A DNA stretch of 24,813 nt. It comes from a virus. Lineage: Duplodnaviria > Caudoviricetes. Below are positions 16,674 to 24,189 of this stretch, in pieces (the stretch's first letter is position 1; each line of letters opens with the position of its first letter). The stretch is from positions 1 to 24,813 of the IMG/VR virus record IMGVR_UViG_3300016484_000453. One strand, 5' to 3'. Under the pieces are notes generated by a model. The model had not been told where the DNA came from. It saw only the letters and a list, made by a program, of their open reading frames with translations, and did not search any database. Position numbers and translations under genes: made by a program.

Positions 16674-17812
16674 TGGCAAATCCTCGTAATGGTAAATTTT
16701 CTAACCAAGAATTAGGTGCTATGGCACTAAATTCAGCTGGTGCTGTACAAAATGTTTATATAGGTGAAGTTGTCCATATTGATGACCCATTAAATGCTGG
16801 TAGAATAAAAGTTAGAATACCTAAAGTAGATATTAATAAGAAAATTTTTTGTAAACAAACTGAAAATAATGGTACTAATGGTAAAAAATATTATAAATCA
16901 CAAGGTTCTGAAGTAACACAAATTGTAGACGGTAAATCTTTAAATAATTTAAACGAATTTACTAATAAAGATGTTTCACAGAATGCTGGTAATAGTACTT
17001 GTGTAGAAATACCTTGGTCTACACCATTTTTACCTAGACATTTCCAGGTAACCCCTAAGTTAGGTGAAATGGTCAAAGTCATTATTTTTGATTTAAATAA
17101 CCCGTTATTGAATCGTGAATGGGTTGGACCTATAATGTCTTTTAAGAATAAATTTAGTTATGATGATAAAACAACGGCTACTTCAACAATGAACACTGCC
17201 GTTATATATGCATTAGATGACCCAACAAATACTATCCAATTAAATAAAAGAGGTGATTTTACTGGTGGGTTTGCACAACCATTAGATGTTGCTATTTCAT
17301 CAAGAAATAATGCTGATATAGTTATGCCTACCTTCCAAGATAAAAGAGGTAATATTACTAGGGGTGGTGAGGTTTTAATAAGAGCTGGTAAATTAATATA
17401 TGATGAAACCAATACTAATTTAGCTTTAAACGATAAGAATCCGGCATATTTTAGATTGAAGGTGTTAACAAATGGTGTGAGTAATACAAACAAAACCCCT
17501 AGTACACACGCAATGTTATTTGCTGATTTTATTAGTTTTGTATCACATAAGAATGGTGAAAAAGGTGCTCCAGGTATTACTAAGATTAACCCTATTCTTG
17601 AAACAGATGCTGACATTGAACGTACACATCTAGAACTACAACAAATGATACGTGGTAATTTTTTAATAGAATTTTTAGAATTACTTAGAGATTATGTAGC
17701 AAATCATAATCACCCATATCCTGGTTTACCATCAACTGACGCTAATTCAAAACCAGAAATACTTAAATTTGATTTAAATAAATTATTATCACCGAACATT
17801 AGGATCAATTAG
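16673..17812 (+). CDS. Baseplate central spike protein (T4 gp5 / P2 gpV / VgrG-like OB-fold)
   Basis: YIGEVVHIDDPLNAGRIKVRIP, PWSTPFLP, PKLGEMVKVI, REWVGPI form the gp5 OB-fold; C-terminal NHNHPYPG HxH motif. Confidence 0.8.
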   Translation: MANPRNGKFSNQELGAMALNSAGAVQNVYIGEVVHIDDPLNAGRIKVRIPKVDINKKIFCKQTENNGTNGKKYYKSQGSEVTQIVDGKSLNNLNEFTNKDVSQNAGNSTCVEIPWSTPFLPRHFQVTPKLGEMVKVIIFDLNNPLLNREWVGPIMSFKNKFSYDDKTTATSTMNTAVIYALDDPTNTIQLNKRGDFTGGFAQPLDVAISSRNNADIVMPTFQDKRGNITRGGEVLIRAGKLIYDETNTNLALNDKNPAYFRLKVLTNGVSNTNKTPSTHAMLFADFISFVSHKNGEKGAPGITKINPILETDADIERTHLELQQMIRGNFLIEFLELLRDYVANHNHPYPGLPSTDANSKPEILKFDLNKLLSPNIRIN

Positions 17813-17820
17813 ATATTTAT
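17813..17820 (+). promoter_or_regulatory. Putative late promoter motif (G)ATATTTAT
   Basis: In the 23-nt gap, 15 nt before ATG 17836. Confidence 0.55.
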
Positions 17821-17835
17821 TAATAAAAGATTCTA

Positions 17836-19353
17836 ATGAATATTACCAGAACATATTTCACAAAAGATACGGTAATTGTAAGAAATTCAGATGTTAATAC
17901 GGGAAGAAACCCTATTGCTGAAATTTTTTATGGTGCCTCAAAAGATTTAAATACAACCACTTATTCTAGATACTTATTTAATCTAGATTTAACAGATATT
18001 ATACAAAAAGTTAATAATAGTGAGATTTTTTTAGCGGATATTAAGCACACTATAAATTTAACTAATACTAGTGCATTTGATAGAGAACCAGTATGTAAAA
18101 CAGTTATCGCTTCTTGTGGTGATGTTAAAAGAGCAACTGGTTTTAATTTAATTGTTTTTGAAATACCTGAAACTCCTTGGACTGAAGGTATAGGTTACGA
18201 TTATATTGATGCTTTAAGTGTTGGTTGTAATGTTAATGATAAGGCTTACTGTGTTGGACCGACAAACTGGTTTGATAGAGAGTTATCCTCATCTTGGTCA
18301 CAAGAAGGTGTTTATATAGATCCTACACAGTGGTGGCCTGGTACTGGGACTGGTTACACAGGGACAACAACGAATTTAATTGTTGGCACACAATATTTTG
18401 ACAAGGGTGATGAAAATTTATATGTAGATGTTACAAATTATGTAAATAATTTAATACTTAGTGGTGTAACCGAAGTAAATTTAGGTGTTGCTTTTGAATA
18501 CGCTTTAGAAACGGCTCCACAACCAGACATATATTATGTTGGATTTTTTACTCGTGACACTCAAACTGTTTATGAACCGTTTATGGAAACATCTTACGAT
18601 GACACCATTAGAGACGATAGAGATAAGTTTTACTTAGATAAGACTAACAAACTATGTCTTTATGTTAATGCGGGTGGAGAACGTGTTAATGCGAATATTA
18701 CAGGTGTTTCTATATATGACCAGAATGATAATGTGTACCAAACACTATTACCTTCTGAAATAGAACAAATTACAACAGGTGTTTATTGTGTTAACATAAA
18801 TGTACCTAGTGACCCAGTAAGTGGTTATTGTGGTAACATACAATTTAGAGACGTTTGGGAAAACGTTACTATAAATGGTTATAATGTTGGTGATGTTGAA
18901 TTAGAGTTTATTGTACAAGATAAAGCTAATTATTATAATGTAGGTTCTACAAATAGTGCTGGAGCTTTTGGTTTAGGTGTTAATGATGCTAACAATAGAT
19001 CAATTTTTGAGTATGAATTTGCTATACATGGTATTAAAAGAAGAGAAAAAATAAAAGGAGGTGATACTAGAAGAGTAGATGTTACTGCTAGAATACCTTT
19101 AACATTTGACCAGTCACAAGCGATAGATAAAATATATTATAGAATATACATTAAAGAAGGAGAAACACAGATAGATTATATTGATTGGAACGAGGTTAGT
19201 AGAACACCAGATGGTAATTTCTTTTTAATTGATACATCTTGGTTTATACCTAACGACTATTTTATGGAAATTAAAATAGAATCTGGAAATCAAATTAGAA
19301 CTTATAATGACATTTATCAGTTTGAGATTGTATCTGAAAAAGATTGGAGATAA
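17836..19353 (+). CDS. Probable virion structural protein (beta-rich; DNRLRE-like N-terminal domain plus Ig-like C-terminal modules, tentative)
   Basis: KDT.I, SRYLFNLD, WTEGIG, TNW, VDVTNYV, GFFTRDT..YEP pattern; Thr/Gly/Tyr-rich; follows the spike gene. Confidence 0.6.
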   Translation: MNITRTYFTKDTVIVRNSDVNTGRNPIAEIFYGASKDLNTTTYSRYLFNLDLTDIIQKVNNSEIFLADIKHTINLTNTSAFDREPVCKTVIASCGDVKRATGFNLIVFEIPETPWTEGIGYDYIDALSVGCNVNDKAYCVGPTNWFDRELSSSWSQEGVYIDPTQWWPGTGTGYTGTTTNLIVGTQYFDKGDENLYVDVTNYVNNLILSGVTEVNLGVAFEYALETAPQPDIYYVGFFTRDTQTVYEPFMETSYDDTIRDDRDKFYLDKTNKLCLYVNAGGERVNANITGVSIYDQNDNVYQTLLPSEIEQITTGVYCVNINVPSDPVSGYCGNIQFRDVWENVTINGYNVGDVELEFIVQDKANYYNVGSTNSAGAFGLGVNDANNRSIFEYEFAIHGIKRREKIKGGDTRRVDVTARIPLTFDQSQAIDKIYYRIYIKEGETQIDYIDWNEVSRTPDGNFFLIDTSWFIPNDYFMEIKIESGNQIRTYNDIYQFEIVSEKDWR

Positions 19354-19386
19354 AAAAAGGTCTGAGAAATCAGACCTTTTTTTTTT
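19352..19386. terminator. Bidirectional intrinsic terminator
   Basis: A7-GGTCTGA-GAAA-TCAGACC-T10: perfect stem with GNRA loop and T-tracts on both strands between convergent genes. Confidence 0.92.
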
Positions 19387-19387
19387 A

Positions 19388-19674
19388 TTATTTATCGTGT
19401 AATCTTTTAAATACTGCTAATAATTCAGGGGTATTTTTGATTTTATCAATTAGATCTTTCATTTTAGTATCTAAAAATTTTTTATAATCTTCATCACTTT
19501 TAAAACCCATCTTCTCCCAGTCCATTTCATCTTTAGATGGTTTAAACCCTAATTTAGTTTTTTTTGAACCAGTGTCTGTACTCTATTATCACCAGCAGTT
19601 TTAAACCCTATAGCTTTTTCTTCTAATCTTTGATTAGCTTCTTGGATTACTTTTAATTTGTCTCTCTTTCTCAT
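19388..19674 (-). CDS. Small gene split over two frames (41 aa ORF 19674-19549 plus -1 frame ending at 19388; 95 aa if joined)
   Basis: ATG overlaps the upstream stop (TAATG); MRKRDKLKVIQEANQRLEEKAIGFKTAGDNRVQTLVQKKLN*; -1 frame continues ..KKTKLGFKPSKDEMDWEKMGFKSDEDYKKFLDTKMKDLIDKIKNTPELLAVFKRLHDK* up to the terminator; A8 run lies in the overlap. Confidence 0.6.
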
Positions 19675-20093
19675 TAATAGGAATAATTTCTACCGTTATT
19701 TCTAGCCTTTTCTTTAGCCATATAATGCATTTTCTTTTTTTCTTGCATTTGTTTTTCTTTCATTTCTTTGTGTCTAGCATTATCAATCACTTGGTAGTCA
19801 TTAATTTTTTCTTTTAACTTCTCAAGTTTACCAATAAAGTTAGTGAAATCACTAGAGAATTTATCTATTTCACTATGGTAACCATCTGTACCAGAAACGG
19901 CATCAGCAATACCATCTTTAAATTTAGTTTTTAGTTGTTCTAAATTTCTACCTAATTCGTCAATAACACCATAAGCTGGGTGTTTTGTCATTGTTGTTTT
20001 CTTTTGTGAAGAACCTTCACCTTCTTCAGCTATAATTTTTTTAACTAATTTTTCTAAACTTTCTTCGTTAAGTCTTATTATTCTATTTTTCAT
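19674..20093 (-). CDS. Hypothetical late protein with putative head-targeting leader
   Basis: 139 aa; N-terminus MKNRIIRLNEESLEKLVKKIIAEE; preceded by GATATTTATA. Confidence 0.8.
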   Translation of the reverse strand: MKNRIIRLNEESLEKLVKKIIAEEGEGSSQKKTTMTKHPAYGVIDELGRNLEQLKTKFKDGIADAVSGTDGYHSEIDKFSSDFTNFIGKLEKLKEKINDYQVIDNARHKEMKEKQMQEKKKMHYMAKEKARNNGRNYSY

Positions 20094-20107
20094 AAAAATA
20101 TTTCTAT

Positions 20108-20115
20108 ATAAATAT
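20108..20115 (-). promoter_or_regulatory. Putative late promoter motif (G)ATATTTAT
   Basis: Minus strand, 14 nt before ATG 20093. Confidence 0.55.
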
Positions 20116-20137
20116 CTGTGTAATTAGAAAAAATTAC

Positions 20138-20145
20138 TATATTTG
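20138..20145 (+). promoter_or_regulatory. Possible second Bacteroidota-type -7 element (TATATTTG)
   Basis: Matches TAnnTTTG; the -33 element is only approximate (TCTG at 20115-20118). Confidence 0.4.
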
Positions 20146-20188
20146 TACTGTGTTCAGTTAAAAACAATAAAAAAAATATAAAAAATAA

Positions 20189-20220
20189 TTTGACACATAA
20201 ATAAAAAAGTTTTAAGTTTG
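20189..20220 (+). promoter_or_regulatory. Bacteroidota housekeeping-sigma promoter (-33 TTTG / -7 TAAGTTTG)
   Basis: TTTG 20189-20192, 20-nt spacer, TAAGTTTG 20213-20220, 26 nt before ATG 20247; also readable as TTGACA-N17-TAAGTT. Confidence 0.7.
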
Positions 20221-20246
20221 TATAAATAATCAATAAAAGAAATAAG

Positions 20247-20987
20247 ATGGCAAAAAAGAAAGACCTTAAAGTAATTAACCCTGAATACTCAATTGATGTT
20301 ATTGAGGTTTTAGCAGATAATGACCCAACTGAGTCAAATAAGTATCTACCGTTTATGATTAAACAAACCAAAGATTGGGTTGATTGGATTCATAATGAAT
20401 TGAAGAATGAGACATTTAAAGAAATGTTTGAGATTATCAAAGATTTCGAAGACCTTTCACAACGTAATCTTTTGGAGAATAAGGATATCTATTCTTATGA
20501 ATCTAATCGTGACATTATTGAAGCAGTTAAATTTGCTAAAGAAAAAGTTACTCGTTCTGAGGTTAAAAAGAAAGAAACCGAAGTTATCTATGAAGATGAT
20601 AAATGGTTGGTAGTTTTCCCATTAACTACTCGTAGTTCTAACATGTACGGTAAAGCTACAAAATGGTGTGTGGCTAGTGAGGACCATAACTATGGGAAGT
20701 ACTTCAAACAGTACACTGAGAATGGGGTGTTAGTTTTTGTTATCGATAAAACTGTTAAAGACAGTGAGTGTCGTACAAATATGATGTCTAAAGTGGCTTT
20801 CCATAATGACCGAAATAAAGAAGATGGAATTACAGCTTGGGATGTTAAAGACTCACAAATGAGTGTTCCACAAATCATGAAATTTACTTCATTGATTGGT
20901 CCAGAGATTTTAAATATTGTTTATGACCGTTTGGAGAATGGTTCTACAAATAAACAAGAGGCCACAAAAAGAAATTTAAAAGATTAA
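20247..20987 (+). CDS. Hypothetical phage protein with YGxxTKWC motif
   Basis: DPTESNKYLPFMIK, KDIYSY, YEDDKWLVVFPLTTRSSNMYGKATKWCVA; motif recurrent in large-phage proteins, function not established. Confidence 0.8.
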   Translation: MAKKKDLKVINPEYSIDVIEVLADNDPTESNKYLPFMIKQTKDWVDWIHNELKNETFKEMFEIIKDFEDLSQRNLLENKDIYSYESNRDIIEAVKFAKEKVTRSEVKKKETEVIYEDDKWLVVFPLTTRSSNMYGKATKWCVASEDHNYGKYFKQYTENGVLVFVIDKTVKDSECRTNMMSKVAFHNDRNKEDGITAWDVKDSQMSVPQIMKFTSLIGPEILNIVYDRLENGSTNKQEATKRNLKD

Positions 20988-20988
20988 T

Positions 20989-21183
20989 ATGAAGCCCTTA
21001 GATAAAAAAACTTTGAATTTGGCTTTAAATGATATTAATTCTATTGGGGATTTAGCTGATACCTATGAAGAAGTAATCAATCATATTAAAAAATTAATTC
21101 TTGAAACCCCTAACGATTACGATTTAGGTGAAAAACTAAGGTCATTTGGTATTGATTATTTGGAGGTGTTCAGGAATAAATAA
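20989..21183 (+). CDS. Small hypothetical protein (PNDYDLGEKLR motif)
   Basis: 64 aa, 1 nt after upstream stop, ends directly at a terminator. Confidence 0.75.
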   Translation: MKPLDKKTLNLALNDINSIGDLADTYEEVINHIKKLILETPNDYDLGEKLRSFGIDYLEVFRNK

Positions 21184-21215
21184 AAAAAGGGGGGTTTAAA
21201 TACTCCTTTTTTTTT
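21182..21215. terminator. Bidirectional intrinsic terminator (imperfect stem)
   Basis: A7-GGGGGGTTTAAATACTCC-T9 between convergent stops; stem has a G-U pair and a mismatch. Confidence 0.7.
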
Positions 21216-22254
21216 ATTTAGAAAAATCGTTTAAAATATTACCAGTTTCATCAAATAAAACCCATACACCTAGATTAACGTATTGTTCTACTTCTTCTAT
21301 TGAATAATCTATTTCAGTATTACCTAAATTAAGAATAACATTATCACCCTCTATTCTATCCACTAACCAATAAGAATACAGATTATTATATCTGATAGGG
21401 CCCAAATCAACGTCACCTCTTTTAAGTTGAGAGATGGAAAGATTATATTCTTCTTCTAATTCATCTAAATTATTTTCTCTATAAGTACATTTTTTACCTA
21501 TAATATCATTAATTGTAAAAATAACTTCACCTCTAGCCCAGTCAAAATCGTCTTCTTCGGATTCATTTAGGTATTCAAAATATGGTTCTGTAGCTTTTTT
21601 ATAAACACCGTTATTATGTTCATCCTCTTCAGTGAAGAATACTGTTTCATCGTCATGAAAAGTATTTGGAGCAATACTTTTTATAGTGTAAATTTTACCA
21701 GGTTTATATGCTGCACCACCATATTCAGGATTAATAGACCGACTAACCCTACTAAAACCATTTTTACAGATAAATTTATCCCCTACTTTTGGTTCCCATT
21801 TGTCTGAAATATCATTTATCCAACTAAAGTCGTCATCTTGGGATTCATTTAAATCTAAATAAATGTTTACCCACCCAAAGTAAGATTTAATATAATCATA
21901 AACTTCATTTAAAGATTTAAATGTTTTTATGTTTGTGTTTTTGATGTCCCCATATATAGATGATCCTGTTTCATTTATAATTAATTTTAAGGGGTATTCT
22001 TTATAATATAACTCCATCCCAACAGTAGAACCTTCTTCAGGTGTACTCCAGTCATAAACTATAAATATGTGATCTTTAGATTCGTCAAAATCATACTTCA
22101 AATTATAACTTGAGTAATCTTGACTAGCCAAATCTAATTTAGTTTTAATCTCATCTAATTCATATAAAAAACTCAACACATCCCCAACAGGATCCATCTC
22201 ATCCACCCAATCAAAATCATCGAGTTCTTCTCTTATTATTTTTTTAAGATTCAT
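21214..22254 (-). CDS. Acidic three-module protein with repeated (I/L)xE-x-DDFxW linkers, possible head-packaged polyprotein
   Basis: IIREELDDFDW (aa 6-16), LNESQDDDFSW (aa 135-145), LNESEEDDFDW (aa 229-239) separate three unrelated ~95-130 aa segments. Confidence 0.8.
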   Translation of the reverse strand: MNLKKIIREELDDFDWVDEMDPVGDVLSFLYELDEIKTKLDLASQDYSSYNLKYDFDESKDHIFIVYDWSTPEEGSTVGMELYYKEYPLKLIINETGSSIYGDIKNTNIKTFKSLNEVYDYIKSYFGWVNIYLDLNESQDDDFSWINDISDKWEPKVGDKFICKNGFSRVSRSINPEYGGAAYKPGKIYTIKSIAPNTFHDDETVFFTEEDEHNNGVYKKATEPYFEYLNESEEDDFDWARGEVIFTINDIIGKKCTYRENNLDELEEEYNLSISQLKRGDVDLGPIRYNNLYSYWLVDRIEGDNVILNLGNTEIDYSIEEVEQYVNLGVWVLFDETGNILNDFSK

Positions 22255-22258
22255 ATTA

Positions 22259-22266
22259 ATAAATAT
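22259..22266 (-). promoter_or_regulatory. Putative late promoter motif (G)ATATTTAT
   Basis: Minus strand in the 18-nt gap, 4 nt before ATG 22254. Confidence 0.5.
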
Positions 22267-22272
22267 CTTCTT

Positions 22273-23994
22273 TTATTTTAAAATTAATTCATATTTAAAT
22301 AAACCACAATCCCATATTCTGTCATACCCCAGATTCTTTATCATTTGCCATTCTGTTAATGACTTATCGAAATTATATTTTTTAATTAAATTTTTCTTAC
22401 TCATTCTAAATTTATGGAATCTATCATTGGTGTTACTTTTTTTGAAATAAAAATAACTTTGTTTAGAATTACCTAAATAATTAAAACCTAGTTTAGTGTA
22501 TAAATTATTATTATGTGTTAAAGTCCATCTTCTATCAGCAAAACTTATTACTTTATGTGGGTTATATTCTTTTATAAATTGTTTTAACATTTTATTAGCT
22601 AAACCACTAATAACGTAATTATGATTGGTGGCAAATCTATTTAAAACAAAAATATTTTTATCATTTTTAGCGTTATTCATACCCCTATTATTTGAAAAAC
22701 ACATAACACCTACAAGTTCATCATTATAGTAGGCACCATAACTTATAGGTGATAAATCTTCACCTTGTATATGGTATTGATTTAAAAAATCATTTTTCAA
22801 ATGAAAATCAACCTTTTTTATAGTACATTTTCTCGCACCAATTTTAGTGGAATTAGATTTATTTAGAATATGTTTTAATTTTTCCTTAACTAAATCCTTT
22901 TTTGTTAACCATTCATCTGAAAAAATATGTATAAGTTTATATCCAGCAAAATTCATTAATAACGTTTTATTTAGATGGTAATTTAGGTCCTTACCACCAA
23001 AGTCTTCTGAATGCCATAGGATACCATTATATTCAATGGCTATTTTTAATTCAGGTATTATTATATCAATTTCCTTACCCTTTAAAATTTTTCTATCATT
23101 TGTAATAACTTCCGACCCTAAATTTCTTATAAATTCAACCAATTCTGTCTCTTCTTTGGACACACTTGAATATTTTATAACATGTTCATTGTTATATATT
23201 GCCTTTTCACTTAAATAATGTGATATACTATTTGACACTATTTTTGGGTTTCCGTATAACTCAACATATTTTTTCATTGTTATGTTATGAGTATTTTTTA
23301 AATGGGTATTAGTTATCATACCAAACTTTTCACCACATATTTCACAAGTAACAGAATTATCATCATTAGAGAGATATTCATATCTTTTAACTCTTTCTAC
23401 ATGGTTTTTATGTAATATAGAATCTTCAGGAAAATCATTTAAATATTGGTCTAAAGTTTTATTGTGAGTAACTTTTAAATGGTTTTCATAATAACCACTT
23501 TTATTATCTATATCTATGGTAGACCATTCACAATACCTACATTTCCTAACAGGTTTTTGTTCAATATCAATTTCCATTAGATTAAAGAAATTTTCGTGCC
23601 AATATTTACCAGTAGTTTTAAATAACATATTTCTTTTATATTGACTAGGTATAATTGTGTCTTTAAAATTATCCTTTATATGTAATATAAGTGTACCAGA
23701 TTTATTACTATAGTCATTATAAACTTTACCCGTAACTTTACAAATGGCTATAATTTTTTTATTTTTTGATGATAAAGTATTATCAATTTCTTCCTGATTA
23801 AATATTTTTTCTGAGTATTTTTTTTGGCCACCTTTTTTATTAATCTCTACACCATTATCCTTTAGTATTGTAGAGATTTTTTTATGACCCATATTAAACA
23901 TCTTACCTAATTCATGTGTACTAGGTACTGTTTTTGTAACATACAATTCTATTATTTTATTTATTATTTCTTTTGTTAAAACACTTTTTTTCAT
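22273..23994 (-). CDS. Free-standing homing-endonuclease-like protein (HTH + C2H2 zinc fingers + PD-(D/E)xK/Vsr-like nuclease + GNAT-like domain; Hef-like)
   Basis: STHELGKMFNMGHKKISTILK (HTH); CRYC..HLKVTH and CEICG..HLKNTH (C2H2); SKEETEL..EIDIIIPELKIAIEYNGILWHS..LIHIFSDEW (nuclease); ARKC..FLNQYHIQG..LNRFA..GLANKML..SFADRRW..LYTKLGF..IWDCG (GNAT-like). Confidence 0.82.
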   Translation of the reverse strand: MKKSVLTKEIINKIIELYVTKTVPSTHELGKMFNMGHKKISTILKDNGVEINKKGGQKKYSEKIFNQEEIDNTLSSKNKKIIAICKVTGKVYNDYSNKSGTLILHIKDNFKDTIIPSQYKRNMLFKTTGKYWHENFFNLMEIDIEQKPVRKCRYCEWSTIDIDNKSGYYENHLKVTHNKTLDQYLNDFPEDSILHKNHVERVKRYEYLSNDDNSVTCEICGEKFGMITNTHLKNTHNITMKKYVELYGNPKIVSNSISHYLSEKAIYNNEHVIKYSSVSKEETELVEFIRNLGSEVITNDRKILKGKEIDIIIPELKIAIEYNGILWHSEDFGGKDLNYHLNKTLLMNFAGYKLIHIFSDEWLTKKDLVKEKLKHILNKSNSTKIGARKCTIKKVDFHLKNDFLNQYHIQGEDLSPISYGAYYNDELVGVMCFSNNRGMNNAKNDKNIFVLNRFATNHNYVISGLANKMLKQFIKEYNPHKVISFADRRWTLTHNNNLYTKLGFNYLGNSKQSYFYFKKSNTNDRFHKFRMSKKNLIKKYNFDKSLTEWQMIKNLGYDRIWDCGLFKYELILK

Positions 23995-24105
23995 TAGGAT
24001 TAAAATTAAATGGTTTATTAAAATAAATATAAGTATAATAGGATTAAAATTAAATGGTTTATTAAAATAGATTTTAATTTTTAGGATTAAAATTAAATGG
24101 TTTAT
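23995..24105 (-). repeat. Three direct repeats, 24-nt core ATAAACCATTTAATTTTAATCCTA (minus strand), period 43-44 nt
   Basis: Exact core copies at 23995-24018, 24039-24062, 24082-24105; the first two extend to 31 nt identity; the last-transcribed copy abuts the endonuclease ATG. Confidence 0.95.
24023..24030 (-). promoter_or_regulatory. Putative late promoter motif ATATTTAT embedded between repeat cores
   Basis: Minus strand, 28 nt before ATG 23994, between two repeat cores. Confidence 0.45.
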
Positions 24106-24135
24106 ATTTTAAGTAAAAAAAAATTTTATAAAATG

Positions 24136-24164
24136 AAAAGGGGGACCGAAATCCCCCTTTTTTT
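24136..24164 (-). terminator. Intrinsic terminator of the major capsid gene
   Basis: Minus strand AAAAGGGGGA-TTTCGG-TCCCCCTTTT followed by CATTTT, 25 nt after the capsid stop; T-tract also on the plus side. Confidence 0.88.
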
Positions 24165-24189
24165 AATTAAAATGATGTTTTTCAACAGA

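Noticed and set aside
17701-17725. HNH nuclease motif in NHNHPYPG
   Set aside because: Context is the C-terminus of a spike protein; matches the HxH metal-binding tip, not an HNH fold.
20094-20246. tRNA or structured ncRNA in the longest intergenic gaps
   Set aside because: No cloverleaf, T-loop or GC-rich stems seen other than terminators; the gap is explained by divergent promoters.
1713-23218. Short overlapping ORFs in the track (1713-1949, 3827-4018, 6269-6478, 7091-7285, 13577-13762, 14655-14969, 15465-15710, 16891-17082, 17158-17616, 20090-20371, 20407-20613, 20690-20878, 21616-21807, 23036-23218)
   Set aside because: Antisense or out-of-frame shadows of well-supported genes, Ile/Leu/Ser/Phe-rich composition typical of reverse-strand reading, no motifs.
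24061-24078. Inverted repeat ATTAAAAT-AG-ATTTTAAT within the repeat array
   Set aside because: AT-only 8-bp arms in an extremely AT-rich gap; not distinguishable from chance.
23995-24105. CRISPR mini-array interpretation of the triple repeat
   Set aside because: Spacers are only 19-20 nt, almost pure AT and share 7 nt; repeat is non-palindromic, abuts a start codon, and no cas gene is visible.
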